Below, piece by piece: positions 61,311 through 64,000 of a DNA stretch of 64,000 nt. Made by a program: the position numbers and the translations under genes. The stretch covers positions 19,716,001 to 19,780,000 of the forward strand of contig CATNEN010000038.1 in assembly GCA_950097015.1 (NCBI GenBank), written 5' to 3'. The stretch comes from Macrostomum hystrix. Lineage: Eukaryota > Animalia > Platyhelminthes. Every line of letters begins with the position of its first letter. Positions within the stretch are counted from its first letter, which is position 1. The notes beneath the pieces are model-generated. The model saw nothing but the letters and a program-made list of their open reading frames with translations, was not told where the DNA came from and searched no databases.

Positions 61311-63288
61311 CACTCCTGATCCTCAGATTGTCCTTCCATCACTCCTGATCCTCAGATTGTCCTTCCATCACTCCTGATCCTCAGATTGTCCTTCCATCAT
61401 CCCAGATCCTCAGATTGTCCTTCCATCATTCCTGATCCTCAGATTGTCCTTCCATCAATCCTGATCCTCAGATTGTCCTTCCATCATCCCAGATCCTCAG
61501 ATTGTCCTTCCATCATTCCTGATCCTCAGATTGTCCTTCCATCATCCCAGATCCTCAGATTGTCCTTCCATCATTCCAGATCCTCAGATTGTCCTTCCAT
61601 CATTCCTGATCCTCAGATTGTCCTTCCATCACTCCTGATCCTCAGATTGTCCTTCCATCACTCCTGATCCTCACATTGTCCTTCCATCACTCCTGATCCT
61701 CACATTGTCCTTCCACCATTCCTGATCCTCAGATTGTCCTTCCATCACTCCTGATCCTCAGATTGTCCTTCCATCATTCCAGATCCTCAGATTGTCCTTC
61801 CATCATTCCAGATCCTCAGATTGTCCTTCCATCATCCCAGATCCTCAGATTGTCCTTCCATCTTTCCTGATCCTCAGATTGTCCTTCCATCATCCCAGAT
61901 CCTCAGATTGTCCTTCCATCATCCCAGATCCTCAGATTGTCCTTCCATCACTCCTGATCCTCAGATTGTCCTTCCATCACTCCTGATCCTCAGATTGTCC
62001 TTCCATCATTCCTGATCCTCAGATTGTCCTTCCATCATCCCAGATCCTCAGATTGTCCTTCCATCATCCCAGATCCTCAGATTGTCCTTCCATCATTCCT
62101 GATCCTCAGATTGTCCTTCCATCACTCCTGATCCTCACATTGTCCTTCCATCACTCCTGATCCTCAGATTGTCCTTCCATCACTCCTGATCCTCAGATTG
62201 TCCTTCCATCATTCCTGATCCTCAGATTGTCCTTTCATCATCCCAGATCCTCAGATTGTCCTTCCATCATTCCTGATCCTCAGATTGTCCTTCCATCATC
62301 CCAGATCCTCAGATTGTTCTTCCATCATCCCAGATCCTCAGATTGTCCTTCCATCATTCCTGATCCTCAGATTGTCCTTCCATCATCCCAGATCCTCAGA
62401 TTGTCCTTCCATCATCCCAGATCCTCAGATTGTCCTTCCATCATTCCAGATCCTCAGATTGTCCTTCCATCATTCCAGATCCTCAGATTGTCCTTCCATC
62501 ACTCCTGATCCTCAGATTGTCCTTCCATCACTCCTGATCCTCAGATTGTCCTTCCATCACTCCTGATCCTCAGATTGTCCTTCCACCATTCCTGATCCTC
62601 AGATTGTCCTTCCACCATTCCTGATCCTCAGATTGTCCTTCCATCACTCCTGATCCTCAGATTGTCCTTCCATCATCCCAGATCCTCACATTGTCCTTCC
62701 ATCATTCCTGATCCTCAGATTGTCCTTCCATCATCCCAGATCCTCAGATTGTCCTTCCATCACTCCTGATCCTCAGATTGTCCTTCCATCATCCCAGATC
62801 CTCAGATTGTCCTTCCATCATCCCAGATCCTCAGATTGTCCTTCCATCATTCCTGATCCTCACATTGTCCTTCCATCATCCCAGATCCTCAGATTGTCCT
62901 TCCATAGTCCCAGATCCTCAGATTGTCCTTCCATCATCCCAGATCCTCAGATTGTCCTTCCATCATTCCTGATCCTCACATTGTCCTTCCATCATCCCAG
63001 ATCCTCAGATTGTCCTTCCATCGTCCCAGATCCTCAGATTGTCCTTCCATCATTCCTGATCCTCACATTGTCCTTCCATCATCCCAGATCCTCAGATTGT
63101 CCTTCCATCATCCCAGATCCTCAGATTGTCCTTCCATCATCCCAGATCCTCAGATTGTCCTTCCATCATTCCTGATCCTCACATTGTCCTTCCATCATCC
63201 CAGATCCTCAGATTGTCCTTCCATCATTCCAGATCCTCAGATTGTCCTTCCATCATCCCAGATCCTCAGATTGTCCTTCCATCATCCA
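61279..63288. repeat. 29-bp minisatellite, ~69 copies
   Basis: Unit gatcctcagattgtccttccatcatccca, with cactcct/cattcct variants. Confidence 0.97.
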
Positions 63289-64000
63289 GTATTTATATAT
63301 ATATTTCATATATTGACATGACTTTATAAAATGTTCTATATTTAGAAATACACTACGGAGATCAAAAAAAAGGTCATTCGGCTTTTACAGCCATAGACGT
63401 GTGCAAGAAATACACTAAGGAGATAAAAAATGTCTTTTCAGCTACGCATGCGCCTGCTGTAAGTAGTAGCTATAGCAGTGCAGAAACTGGCTAGTCAGTG
63501 AGTTGCAGCTAGAAGAAGCTGCAAATTTGGATTTCGGCTTTGGTTTTTGGCTTTGGATGCTTCAGTTTCTTCGAACTGATCTCAACTGAAAAGCACTCTG
63601 GTACCATTCATTGACGTGTAACTTTCGCGAAAACATAGTTGGCGGATAGTGAAAGCGAGGGATAGTGAAGAGAGGATCAAATCGAAGGAAGGGGAGGAAA
63701 GCAAAAGTAGGTTGACTGCACAGATTGTAGATTTGTACTGATGTGTTACTTTCGCGAAAAATTATTTGGAGGATAGTATACAGGAGGAAAGTGAAAGCGA
63801 GGGAGAGTGAAGAGAGGATCAGGATCATCAGATCCTGAATCAGAATCCAGAATCCTGAATCCAGAATCATCAGATTAAAGGAAGGGGATCAGGAAAGCGA
63901 AGGTATAGGGGAGGAAGCTAGGACAGAGTGAAGGGAGGATATGCAGAGAGTCAGACACCACCACCTACCCAACCTGCACCTGCACTCTGCATCCACCCAC

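Noticed and set aside
61386-63329. Multiple Pro/Ser/His-rich ORFs
   Set aside because: They are translations of the 29-bp satellite.

Overview
Eukaryotic (animal) genomic DNA with GT-AG introns, many minisatellites, tRNA-derived SINEs and DNA transposons. The repeat style suggests a flatworm such as Macrostomum, but this is inference only. The minus strand carries a co-oriented run of FBXL15-like (36542-35603), SAP18 (35200-33712), a 13-exon POLR1A/RPA1 (31860-9973) and a ~1077-aa coiled-coil gene (7042-797). CCDC65/DRC2 lies on the plus strand (41794-44684). It is followed by three two-exon minus-strand paralogues of the coiled-coil gene (46327-58456), a truncated RTE-like LINE, and an inverted pseudogene fragment whose intronic 29-bp motif has expanded into a 2-kb satellite. 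Most notable: (i) POLR1A has no genomic in-frame ATG and begins at a phase-0 acceptor, as expected if an AUG-ending flatworm spliced leader supplies the start codon, and an operon-like poly(A)/acceptor junction lies between FBXL15 and SAP18; (ii) an 8.1-kb CCC...GGG EnSpm/CMC-type transposon in POLR1A intron 4 encodes three genes, one with a BEN-like domain; (iii) two distinct Tc1 derivatives are each built from two right ends; (iv) the coiled-coil family shows tandem symmetric exon duplication and a probable gene-conversion tract. All gene models were built by eye and no database searches were run.
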